Origin: Candidatus Multivoradales bacterium
GTDB lineage: Bacteria > Acidobacteriota > Thermoanaerobaculia > Multivoradales > JAHEKO01
Direction: 5' to 3'
Length of the DNA: 64,000 nucleotides
Assembly (NCBI GenBank): GCA_965248055.1
Contig: CBDFIJ010000004.1
Location: 1,664,001-1,728,000, forward strand
The position numbers and the translations under genes were made by a program. The notes below the pieces were generated by a model, which did no database searches, was not told where the DNA came from, and saw only the letters and a list, made by a program, of their open reading frames with translations. Numbering within the stretch: the first letter of the stretch is position 1; every line of letters begins with the position of its first letter. Shown piece by piece: positions 50,011 to 58,849 of the stretch.

Positions 50011-51150
50011 ATGGAGTCGCACTTTCCGGCCCAACAGTCTCAAACCACAACATCTCTAGGTAGGCAATTTCTATCAGCACTGGCCGGTGGCATTGGATCT
50101 CACAACCAGACCGACGACAACGACAGCTCCCACGACGCCTACGCTGAGCGCAACCTCAGCAGTCTGGGCGCAGTTCTACTCATCCCCGCGGTGATCGCCG
50201 TCTTCGGCGGTTTTGTCTTCGCTCGTTACCTGGGTGCGTCCTGGTGGTTGGCGGCACCTTTCGCCCTTCTGTGGGGACTGATCATCCTGGCGATTGACCG
50301 CCATCTGGTGTTGACCACCCCGGTGCCTCTGCCCAGAGTTACAGAGGAATCCGGGCGTGGTTGGAGCCGACCCTTGAGAACTTTGGGTCACGTCGGAATT
50401 CGATTATTGCTGGCGCTGTTTCTCGGAACCCTCAACGGTCACCTAGTTGGCCTGCGCCTGTTTGACGATGTGATCTCCGAGGAACTCCACGATCAGTTGA
50501 GCGCCGCACGAGCACAGGTTGATAGCAGCTTCGATCAGCAGCACAGCGACATAAACACCGGGATCACGACCCTCGAACAGCAACTGGAAACCGATCGCCA
50601 GAGACTGGCGCAACTCGACGCCACGGCAGCCGCGGAGATCGCCGGAAGCACCGATCTTCCCGGTACCACCGGGATTCGCGGCGCGGGTGAGGTCTACCAA
50701 CGTTATGAAGTCGCGCTCGACAATGCCCGCCAACAGGTCGCCCAACGACGCCAAGAATTGGAATCCCGACGCGCCGAGATCGCCCCGCAGGTCTTCTCGT
50801 TGGACGAGCGGCAACAGGCGGCGCTGGCGGAGGTGGACCTCACCTTTGGCACCGGGGTCGCAGCCCGCAGCAGCGCGCTAGTCGACCTGTCCCGTCGCGA
50901 GAGTCATATTGGGTTGTTGTTCGGCTTCTTATTGCTGATGCTGGTGACTATTGAAGTCCTGCCAGTGGTTCTCAAGCTACTCACCCCGGTCACCGCCGCC
51001 GACCAGCACTTCGCCTTAGCCAGTTGGGAGCGACAACAAGACATCGCAGTACACAAAGAAGCCGTGCTCTCGACTCACGACTTGCGTATCGCTAGTGCCA
51101 AAAGGAGAATGCAAGCTGAGCAGTTAGTCGACGAAATGGCTAATACATAG
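50011..51150 (+). CDS. DUF4407-like membrane/coiled-coil protein
   Basis: WGLIILAIDR, RLLLA, LRLF...I, EIAG..G.TG.RG.G..Y and IE.LPV.LKL motifs; AAAGGA RBS before ATG 50011. Confidence 0.75.
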   Translation: MESHFPAQQSQTTTSLGRQFLSALAGGIGSHNQTDDNDSSHDAYAERNLSSLGAVLLIPAVIAVFGGFVFARYLGASWWLAAPFALLWGLIILAIDRHLVLTTPVPLPRVTEESGRGWSRPLRTLGHVGIRLLLALFLGTLNGHLVGLRLFDDVISEELHDQLSAARAQVDSSFDQQHSDINTGITTLEQQLETDRQRLAQLDATAAAEIAGSTDLPGTTGIRGAGEVYQRYEVALDNARQQVAQRRQELESRRAEIAPQVFSLDERQQAALAEVDLTFGTGVAARSSALVDLSRRESHIGLLFGFLLLMLVTIEVLPVVLKLLTPVTAADQHFALASWERQQDIAVHKEAVLSTHDLRIASAKRRMQAEQLVDEMANT

Positions 51151-51303
51151 AATTAGGCACGCTAACACTCAACTGATCGAGGAACCTCACACCGTCACCG
51201 CGAGCTGGGAGCACTAGCTTCGTTTGTTCGACCGGATTCCTATGCTTCCTATTTTCGGCTAGTAGTGCCTCTTTGAATCATCGGTCCAGTAACATCTGCG
51301 TCA

Positions 51304-54300
51304 GTGAAATACGCATCAGGCGGGAAAGCAAATTGGCTCGGGGCGAATTTCGAGAAGCGGGTTGCCACTGAATCGCTCATCACACTTCTCCTTGACGGAA
51401 GGGTATCCACTCAATCACTTGTCGCAGTGAGACTCCAAGCCGCCTCGCGCCCAGACGATATCCATCTCTTCTTTCACGATGGCACTGAACATAGAGTTTC
51501 CGTAAAGTCAGGAGCTCTCAGATACTCATGGAACTCTAATGAGCGGTTCGTTTCGGCCATTGACGAATTCATCGTCGCTTTCAATGATAGGAATCCGAAC
51601 TTAACTCGCTTGGTTCTCTCAACAGAAGCAGAACTCTGTAGCAGAAAGGTACATCACTTCGGGCGATGGCTCGACAAAGTGCGATGTCATCCAGACCTGT
51701 CCTCTTTGTCTGAATCTTCAACCTCGCAAGAAGAAAATCAGTTCTTGGATGACGTAAAGCGGAAACTCAGCGAAAGTGTCAATGATATTCACGATTTCCT
51801 AGCTCTGGTCCACGTTGAAGGGTCAATCGGCTACGAACAATGGTTTGACCAAACTGTAATTCGATTGGCTCAAACCTTGGGGATAAGTTCGGCGCGCGCA
51901 AAAGAGATATTGTTTTGTATTGAATCCTTGGTGGCAAAGTACTCAAGTCACGGCGGTCTCGTCAACAGAAATGCCCTCGACAGTGCCCTCGGAAACACTG
52001 GAGCCGCCAGAACAGCCGTTCCAGCACGGGTCCTTCGGGTCTTTCGACGAGAAGATCTGCACCAGCTTACTGACTATGTAGTTCAAGACCAGGCGTTGGG
52101 CTTACAGCTAATTGAGCGCCCCGAACTTATCTGCGCGGAGCCATCAACTCTCACTGTTGTGACCGGGAGGCCGGGAAGCGGGAAGTCGCGCGCACTAGCA
52201 ACGAGGTGTCTCAGTGACCACCCTGCAACTACGATCGTCGTCGGCCCCAGGTTTAGGGAAGAACATCTGCCTGCATTGCGCGAGGTTCTCGTCCGAGAAC
52301 CATGTGTCCTTCTTTGGGATGACGTGGAGGCAAACAACACATTGGTAACTGAAACCGTCGCGGAAGTGTGTGCGCTTGAGAATCACCGAATTTTGCTCTC
52401 TTGCTCTCAGCAGGAATCTCTCGAGTTGATAGACAACCTTCATCAATGGACCCCAAATCACTGTAGCCCAACATTGATAAAACTTGTCCCATTCGACTAC
52501 AAGTCTCTTCTCCGTCTCGTGACCGACCTCGAGCAAAGAATCGGTCTTGAGTTATGCGATGAGACAAGGAACGCTCTTGTGGATCACGCCTTTGCAGCCG
52601 ATGGCGGACCGCGCTTCGCTGTATCCCTTGGGCGGCTCGTAAAACAGAAAACTACTGGAAGAATTAGGCCGGAAGACGTTGCTAAACTGCCCAGTGATCT
52701 AGTACTAGTTTGGCGAAGTCTCTATAGATCTCTGAATTTCGATCGGACAGCTCAAACCGTTCTGAAGCTCTTCAGATTCTTTGCTCAACGAGGTATCCGC
52801 GTCGGTATTGCGGGAGCGGAAGCTGTTGCTGGTATCGCATTGGACATCCCCAACAACGACTTCGACTTGACCGTGGAGCGGCTCTTGGAATCGGGCTGGT
52901 TAGTAGGCCTTGACGAAGTCGAGCTGTGCCACGAGGTGTGTATTGCCGCAATCCCTAACTTCAGCTCTCATCGGCAAGACCGAATCGAAGGCACAATAGC
53001 CTTCAATGACAAGATCGATGGTGAAATTGGCCTTCGTCTTCGATGTGACCTGGTTTCATACCTCTTAGTGGCCTCAACCGTCGCGGTGAGTGAGAATGAG
53101 GCAACAAGCGCAGCGGTACGAGCGGCGACCGTCGGTATGTTAGCGATTGACAAGGTTGTCGGTTGGCATAATTCAGGAAGTTTTACCGAACTACAAATCA
53201 CCACAGCCACCGCTTGCAATGTCGCTGCTGCACAGGGACTTGATAGTGGTTCTATATTTGGATCCGCGACCGCAATAAAACTCAGCTGTGGAGAAGCTGG
53301 TCAGGAGCGGAGGAATTGGTTTCTCGAAAAGGGGGCGGAATTAGCTGGCGATTGTATTGCCCGAGTTATTTCCGAGACTGCGGTCAGTCCAGATTTGCTG
53401 ATTGCGCAGAGCGGACTAATCAAAGTTGAAAGTTGCTGGGCGCGGGCAATGCTGGGTACTAAGACCGGACAGGAAAGAACTGCACTGCTTGAAGAAGCAA
53501 GAAGTCTGGCAACCGAAGTTATCCGATTCTCCGAGAACACCCACAACTTAAGATATCTTGCCCTCGGTCTAATAACCCGTAGCAATACCCTCTTTTATCT
53601 TGCTTCGGAAGGTCCCGGAACATACCTATGGATGGCCTTTCGTGCCCATTTGGACGCCTCTAGAGCAATTGTCATCTGTCAATTAAACGGTTTTGTCCGA
53701 CTTATCGCTGCCGCACTTCTTCCTGCGGCAGCTTCAGAAGCTCGCATTTCAAGTTTTTCTGAGGGTGTAGCACGAAGTGAACTACTGGAGAGTTCACGCA
53801 CTCGTTCTTTGGAGGCAAGTAAGAGTTTCGAATATTTAGGATTAAGTGAACTTGAAGCCCATGCTCTATCAAACTGCGCAGACGCGACTTTTGAGCTCGG
53901 GGAGAATGAGCAAGAACAAAAAAGAGTTCAAATCGTTCGCCTCGGAGACGCAGCGATCTCTGCAGCTAAGCGTTCTGGCAACGGCATTGCTCTATTCGAG
54001 GCTCAAGTGGGGGCGGCTATTCGAAAAATGGAACTTGGCAAGCTCGATGAATCTCTTGTTCCGAGTGCTGTAGCACTCGCGAAATCTGCTCTTCATACGG
54101 CCCAGAACTACGGAAATACTAGAAATCTTGGCCGGGCCTACCTAGCGCTAACCCGAACAGTGGTCGTAGCTATGGAGTGTTCCAAGGAAATCGAGGAAGA
54201 GCAAAAGTGGCGTGCCTACGGCCTTGAGTTGGCCGAGAAAACAATCCAGGCCCACATCGATAGTGACTACTCGTCCCTACTTTCTTTGTCTCTCTTGTTG

Positions 54301-54498
54301 GCTCGTCTTGATGCAAAAACAGAAACCGAAACGGCACTCACGCTACTAATATCTATCGCTAAAGAAGCAATTGAACCCTCGCTCTCCGATCTTACCTACG
54401 ATATCGGAAGGAGCTTAACTGAAACTGGAACCGATACCGGTAGAGAACTAGGGATCTCATTGGTGATCGCTGCTCTTAATAGCACTTTCACCGAATAG
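51304..54498 (+). CDS. PD-(D/E)xK-like nuclease + P-loop (STAND-like) NTPase + helical repeat protein
   Basis: GG.A...G.NFE, PDDI and VSVK at the N-terminus; Walker A GRPGSGKS, Walker B LLWDD, GGP motif; long Ala/Leu-rich helical tail. Visibly more AT-rich than its neighbours. Confidence 0.65.
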   Translation: MKYASGGKANWLGANFEKRVATESLITLLLDGRVSTQSLVAVRLQAASRPDDIHLFFHDGTEHRVSVKSGALRYSWNSNERFVSAIDEFIVAFNDRNPNLTRLVLSTEAELCSRKVHHFGRWLDKVRCHPDLSSLSESSTSQEENQFLDDVKRKLSESVNDIHDFLALVHVEGSIGYEQWFDQTVIRLAQTLGISSARAKEILFCIESLVAKYSSHGGLVNRNALDSALGNTGAARTAVPARVLRVFRREDLHQLTDYVVQDQALGLQLIERPELICAEPSTLTVVTGRPGSGKSRALATRCLSDHPATTIVVGPRFREEHLPALREVLVREPCVLLWDDVEANNTLVTETVAEVCALENHRILLSCSQQESLELIDNLHQWTPNHCSPTLIKLVPFDYKSLLRLVTDLEQRIGLELCDETRNALVDHAFAADGGPRFAVSLGRLVKQKTTGRIRPEDVAKLPSDLVLVWRSLYRSLNFDRTAQTVLKLFRFFAQRGIRVGIAGAEAVAGIALDIPNNDFDLTVERLLESGWLVGLDEVELCHEVCIAAIPNFSSHRQDRIEGTIAFNDKIDGEIGLRLRCDLVSYLLVASTVAVSENEATSAAVRAATVGMLAIDKVVGWHNSGSFTELQITTATACNVAAAQGLDSGSIFGSATAIKLSCGEAGQERRNWFLEKGAELAGDCIARVISETAVSPDLLIAQSGLIKVESCWARAMLGTKTGQERTALLEEARSLATEVIRFSENTHNLRYLALGLITRSNTLFYLASEGPGTYLWMAFRAHLDASRAIVICQLNGFVRLIAAALLPAAASEARISSFSEGVARSELLESSRTRSLEASKSFEYLGLSELEAHALSNCADATFELGENEQEQKRVQIVRLGDAAISAAKRSGNGIALFEAQVGAAIRKMELGKLDESLVPSAVALAKSALHTAQNYGNTRNLGRAYLALTRTVVVAMECSKEIEEEQKWRAYGLELAEKTIQAHIDSDYSSLLSLSLLLARLDAKTETETALTLLISIAKEAIEPSLSDLTYDIGRSLTETGTDTGRELGISLVIAALNSTFTE

Positions 54499-54516
54499 CG
54501 ATCAACAAATACGCGC

Positions 54517-56586
54517 TCAAAACAACCTTCTCTGCTCAGTCTCCGGCGGTCGAAACGAAGCTACCGATAGCTTCGCCGCTCCCTTTTGCAGCCCCACTCT
54601 GCGCCGGTTGATCTCAAAAAAATCATGTAACTCAGTCGCCAGGTGACCTTGCCCCCGGCCACGGCTGGCAAAGTCAGATTGATTGAGACTTCCCTGTCGT
54701 AACTGCCGAATGCGCGATAGGACTTTGTCCTTGCGGGCGGGAAAGTGGCTGTCCAACCAATCAACAAAGATGCCTTGAACCGCTCCAGGAAGTTTGAGCA
54801 GGATGTAGTTGGCGCGCTCGGCACCGGCAGAAGCAGCGGCATCTAGGATCGCAGGAATCTCGTGGTCGGTGAGTCCCGGAATCGAGGGTGCGATCATCAC
54901 CGAGGTGGGGATCCCAGCAGCGTTGAGTTCGCGTACCGTTTTCAATCGAGATCGCGGATGAGAAGCGCGCGGCTCCATCACCTTGGCCAAGTCGCCATCC
55001 AGGGTCGGGATCGAGATCGCGACTCCCACCGCATTGTGGCTGGCCAACTCGGCGAGCAAGTCAAGGTCGCGGGTCACCAGTTGGTTTTTGGTTATCAACA
55101 TCACCGGATTGCGCGCCTCAGCGAGCACCTCCAGGCAGCCACGCGTGACCTTGAGTTTGCGCTCGATCGGCTGGTAGGGATCGGTGACCCCTGACATCCC
55201 GAGTGGCTTGGGCAGCCACTTGGACGACGCGAGCTCGTGACGCAGGAGATCGGCGGCGTTCTCTTTGACCAGGATCTTGGTTTCAAAGTCGAGTCCGGCG
55301 GAGAAGCCCAAGAACTCGTGGCTGTTGCGGGCGAAGCAATTATGACTCACAACTCCGTTGGCGATGAAATCGCCGGTGCCCGTTTCGATATCATAAAGGT
55401 GGCGCTCATCAGCCAGAGGCTCGATCGCAAGAATCTCTAAGTCGGCGCCACTTTTCAAGGCTTGACCTTCGATGCATTTTTTTCGGGAGATCGCTGGGGC
55501 GGTAGTATGCCAAAAGCGTAGACATTCTTTCAACCCGCCCAATAATCTGACTACTTGCAGTGGTTTTCCCTGTTTCCGAATTGGCCGCTCGACCACGCAT
55601 TCAAAACCGAATGCGGACATCGAGTCTAGGATCTGACGAATGATCTCTAGGTCCGTATTCGAAATTCGAAAAACTCTGCGGCTGTAGGAACCCTCGGCAT
55701 CAAAGATGCCAGCAAGAAATCCCTTCTGCCACATTGGCGAAGGCGACTGCGGCCATTCGACGACTTGCCTGATCACGTCGACCGCTTCACGAGCGCTCGT
55801 TCTTATTGCTCGCACTGGTCGAGAGGTGTCTGTCCCAGGCTGAAACTCGAATGAGTAAAGATCGAGCCCCAGGTTCTCGAGGTACTGACGGGAGCGATCC
55901 AAAGCCTGCTCGTCAGCCAGTGCGAGACGAAACTGATGCACGTTACCGCGCGTTCGCCCTTCTCTTTCATACTGGTATGACGCCAAGTGCCCATCGCCTC
56001 GTACCATCCCACACAGATACCCTCTCCGGTATTCGTGATCCGACTCATCTGGAGGAAACGTCGAGCCTCCTGTGCCCAAGAGTCGATTGTTCGTCGTCAG
56101 GTGCGGTCGGCGATGAGGTCCTTGCTCTTTGCCTACAACGTACTTCCAACCCCGCTCGGTCAGAAATCGATGGTTAGGTCCAGCGATGAGTTCCGTTCCG
56201 TCCGCCAGGATGATCCGGTAGGCGGGCTGCCTTGTGGCCCAATGGGCGTGAACCTGAGTCCTCGTGTATTTGCGGTAGTGGCCCTTGCGAGTCGTTCCGT
56301 ATATTTCATCTCCCGGACGTATCTCGGCCAACGAACGAGTTGACCCGTCCGCCATGAGAATCCGCGTTTCGCCATCCAGACAGTAGGAGCATCCGTGCTC
56401 GCAACCTCGATAAGGATTGATCGAAGCGTCAAAGGCGACATCGGGGCTTTTATTGGTGGCGATGATGCTCTTGCTGGAATCGACTAAGTACTGGGTCGAT
56501 TTCCGGTCGAGTCGAGGCTCGTCCCATTCAAGCGATAGACGCTCAAAGCGGTTAGCTGGGTTGTTGTCTACTCCTCGACCTTTCAT
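54517..56586 (-). CDS. PA0069/Rv2578c-family radical SAM protein, intein-containing
   Basis: MKGRG..NP.NRF, SINPYRGCEHGCSY|CFAR, GLDFETKI, TDPYQP.E and ITK motifs. Confidence 0.92.
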   Translation of the reverse strand: MKGRGVDNNPANRFERLSLEWDEPRLDRKSTQYLVDSSKSIIATNKSPDVAFDASINPYRGCEHGCSYCLDGETRILMADGSTRSLAEIRPGDEIYGTTRKGHYRKYTRTQVHAHWATRQPAYRIILADGTELIAGPNHRFLTERGWKYVVGKEQGPHRRPHLTTNNRLLGTGGSTFPPDESDHEYRRGYLCGMVRGDGHLASYQYEREGRTRGNVHQFRLALADEQALDRSRQYLENLGLDLYSFEFQPGTDTSRPVRAIRTSAREAVDVIRQVVEWPQSPSPMWQKGFLAGIFDAEGSYSRRVFRISNTDLEIIRQILDSMSAFGFECVVERPIRKQGKPLQVVRLLGGLKECLRFWHTTAPAISRKKCIEGQALKSGADLEILAIEPLADERHLYDIETGTGDFIANGVVSHNCFARNSHEFLGFSAGLDFETKILVKENAADLLRHELASSKWLPKPLGMSGVTDPYQPIERKLKVTRGCLEVLAEARNPVMLITKNQLVTRDLDLLAELASHNAVGVAISIPTLDGDLAKVMEPRASHPRSRLKTVRELNAAGIPTSVMIAPSIPGLTDHEIPAILDAAASAGAERANYILLKLPGAVQGIFVDWLDSHFPARKDKVLSRIRQLRQGSLNQSDFASRGRGQGHLATELHDFFEINRRRVGLQKGAAKLSVASFRPPETEQRRLF
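55339..56382 (-). mobile_element. 348-aa intein with LAGLIDADG homing endonuclease
   Basis: Starts CLDGET. Block B region GPNHRFLT, motifs YLCGMVRGDG and FLAGIFDAEG, ends YDIETGTGDFIANGVVSHN before Cys+1. Confidence 0.93.
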
Positions 56587-56630
56587 CTTGAACAGCTTAT
56601 CTTCGGTTTCGAGATCGAACCTCCAGATAC

Positions 56631-56677
56631 AAAAAGGCGGCTCTGGTCCCCCGACCAAGAGCCGCCCCTCCGCGTCC
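56631..56677 (-). terminator. Rho-independent terminator
   Basis: Minus strand GGCGGCTCT(T)GGTC..GACCAGAGCCGCC followed by TTTTT, just after the 56695 stop. Confidence 0.8.
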
Positions 56678-56694
56678 TCGCGGATGAAAACGCG

Positions 56695-57486
56695 CTACTC
56701 CCCTTCTTCTTCCTCTTCTTCCTCTTCTTCATCCATGCCCGGGCCGTAGATGATCCAATACAACTCGTCGCTGTGGCCACTGCGGTCCATCACTTCGGCC
56801 CGCGTAGCCCTGCTTTCCTCGCTACTAGCAGCTTCATAAGCTGCACCAATTGCATCATTTTTGTCGAGGCCCGAGAACGTTTGCCAGCCGCCATGAGTCC
56901 ACTCAGAGTTGGTGTGGTACTCCTGCGAGAAGGTTCCGTAACCACTGATCACGCCGTCGGCCAGTAGCTGAGCATCAATTCCATTACCACCGTCCATCCA
57001 TGCACTCGCTTCAGCGCGTTTTCCAGGCTGGGCTTTGAACACGGAAATCGACAAGAACTCCGCTGCGGGAGCATCGGCGTTGTACTCGAAGGTCGAGTGG
57101 CTAATGACCATTTCGTCCATGCCGTGGATCAGGTCTTGTAAGTCCTGCTGAGAGCTTTCGCCCTCTTCGCCTAACTCCTTAAAGTGAGCCTCAAATGCTC
57201 CAGTGGTTGCCTCCCACGCAGTCCAACTGGGGTAGGTAACCCAGGCCATATGAGTGTACTCAGGCCCGTCCAAGGTTCGATTGGCGATACCCCAACCCAT
57301 CACGTTTCCGGCGTCCATTTGGCCGTTTAGGACGTCGTTAAGACCATACTTTTTCATGTGATCAACCAAGCCGTTACCGTCTTGATCTTTGGCTTGGTAA
57401 TAGGTCACCAAGCTGATCGGATCGGCAGCCGCCACCACCGGAAATACCAATAACAAAGCTAATACAAGTAATCCAAACCGCTTCAT
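56695..57486 (-). CDS. Secreted acidic hypothetical protein with poly-Glu tail
   Basis: GGAGG RBS, signal peptide, two similar halves, ends in a poly-Glu run. Confidence 0.75.
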   Translation of the reverse strand: MKRFGLLVLALLLVFPVVAAADPISLVTYYQAKDQDGNGLVDHMKKYGLNDVLNGQMDAGNVMGWGIANRTLDGPEYTHMAWVTYPSWTAWEATTGAFEAHFKELGEEGESSQQDLQDLIHGMDEMVISHSTFEYNADAPAAEFLSISVFKAQPGKRAEASAWMDGGNGIDAQLLADGVISGYGTFSQEYHTNSEWTHGGWQTFSGLDKNDAIGAAYEAASSEESRATRAEVMDRSGHSDELYWIIYGPGMDEEEEEEEEEGE

Positions 57487-57596
57487 TCAACCTCCTGTTT
57501 GCTCCGTTGCACAATGCAACTTCAAAAAAACTTGTGACAAAGATAGCACAGGGTGACAACCCTGTTGCACACAAATGTATGGTACGGTGTGCTGCT

Positions 57597-58214
57597 ATGG
57601 GCAAGACACCCCCCGGAGAAACTCGACACAGCGTCTTTAACTTCGTGCGCCAGCGATTACTCGCGGGAGAGCCTCCAACGGTGCGTGAGGTTCAAAAGGA
57701 ATTCGGTTTTCGTTCGGTACAGACCGCGCGCCAGCATTTGGAAACCCTGGTTGGCGAAGGTCGTTTGAGCAAAACGGCCGGTCATGCCCGAGCTTATCGC
57801 CTGCCACAACCGGTCCAGGTATCCCCCCGTTGGATACCGCTGTTGGGACGGGTGCAAGCAGGATCATTGACCACGGCCGTGGAAGACCTGGAGGGCTATT
57901 TGCCCCTGGACAATCGCTCTATGGGGCATGACGTCAGCGACGAATTGTTTGGTCTGCGAGTGCAAGGTGACAGCATGATCGGGGTCGGCATCCTGGATCG
58001 AGATGTGGTGGTCGTTCGTCGCCAGCCGACCGCTGATTCTGGAGCCATCGTGGTCGCTCTGGTTGGCGATGAGGCAACCGTCAAGCGACTTCATAAGCAC
58101 GGGGGACAACTCGAGCTTCGGGCCGAGAATCCGCGCTATGAGTCGATCATCCCGGATCCCAAAGAGCTGTCCATCTTGGGCAAGGTAATCGAAGTGCGGA
58201 GGTTCCTGGGGTGA
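57597..58214 (+). CDS. lexA: LexA repressor
   Basis: PPTVRE wHTH, VQAG cleavage site, GDSM Ser and ATVKR Lys. Confidence 0.95.
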   Translation: MGKTPPGETRHSVFNFVRQRLLAGEPPTVREVQKEFGFRSVQTARQHLETLVGEGRLSKTAGHARAYRLPQPVQVSPRWIPLLGRVQAGSLTTAVEDLEGYLPLDNRSMGHDVSDELFGLRVQGDSMIGVGILDRDVVVVRRQPTADSGAIVVALVGDEATVKRLHKHGGQLELRAENPRYESIIPDPKELSILGKVIEVRRFLG

Positions 58215-58849
58215 ACTTAGTCGCCGCTCGGAAGCCTGCGTTGCACTACCAGGATTCGATCCGGCGTGGGGTTGATAGGCCGACAACCGCCACTGGGTGG
58301 TCCTTGCCAACCTTTTGCGGTCGCTTGGTAGAACTTTCCGCAGGACACGCCAGCGCAGTCTTGAGCCTGACCATGCGGTTGATTCGTGAAGCACAATTGC
58401 AAGGAGAAACCGTGGCCTGGGTGGCGCGCCCGGGAAGCTCCTTTTTCCCTCCCGACGCGGTGCGCTGTGGCGTAGACCTGGGCGCCTTGCCGGTGATTCG
58501 CCCACGACAAACCATGGACGCCTTGAGCGCTGCTGATCATTTACTGCGTTCGGGGGCTTTCGGCTTGGTCGCCATCGACCTTCAACCCAGAGCCTTCCTG
58601 CCAATGCGCGCCCAAACACGGTTAGCCTCGTTGGCCAAAAAGCATCTATCCGCCCTGTTGTTATTGACTGAGAAAGAGCAAACCCAAGCTTCGCTGGGAT
58701 CGTTGATCTCGCTACGAGCACATATTGAACGGCATGCCGACAGCAGCGGAAGACGCTACCGGTGTCGAGCTCAAGTATTGAAAGACAAGCAAAACGGACC
58801 GGGTTGGCAACACCTGGAGACCCTCAGTGGACCGCCTGGCTTGTCTTGA
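58211..58849 (+). CDS. imuA: ImuA / RecA-like mutasome protein
   Basis: GRLVELS, FFPPD...GVDL..L and LLRSGAFGLVAID motifs; cassette position. Confidence 0.85.
   Translation: MNLVAARKPALHYQDSIRRGVDRPTTATGWSLPTFCGRLVELSAGHASAVLSLTMRLIREAQLQGETVAWVARPGSSFFPPDAVRCGVDLGALPVIRPRQTMDALSAADHLLRSGAFGLVAIDLQPRAFLPMRAQTRLASLAKKHLSALLLLTEKEQTQASLGSLISLRAHIERHADSSGRRYRCRAQVLKDKQNGPGWQHLETLSGPPGLS

Noticed and set aside
56587-56658. N-terminal extension of the radical SAM ORF
   Set aside because: It starts inside the upstream terminator. The family-typical start is MKGRG at 56586, 7 nt after a TAAGCT -10-like box.
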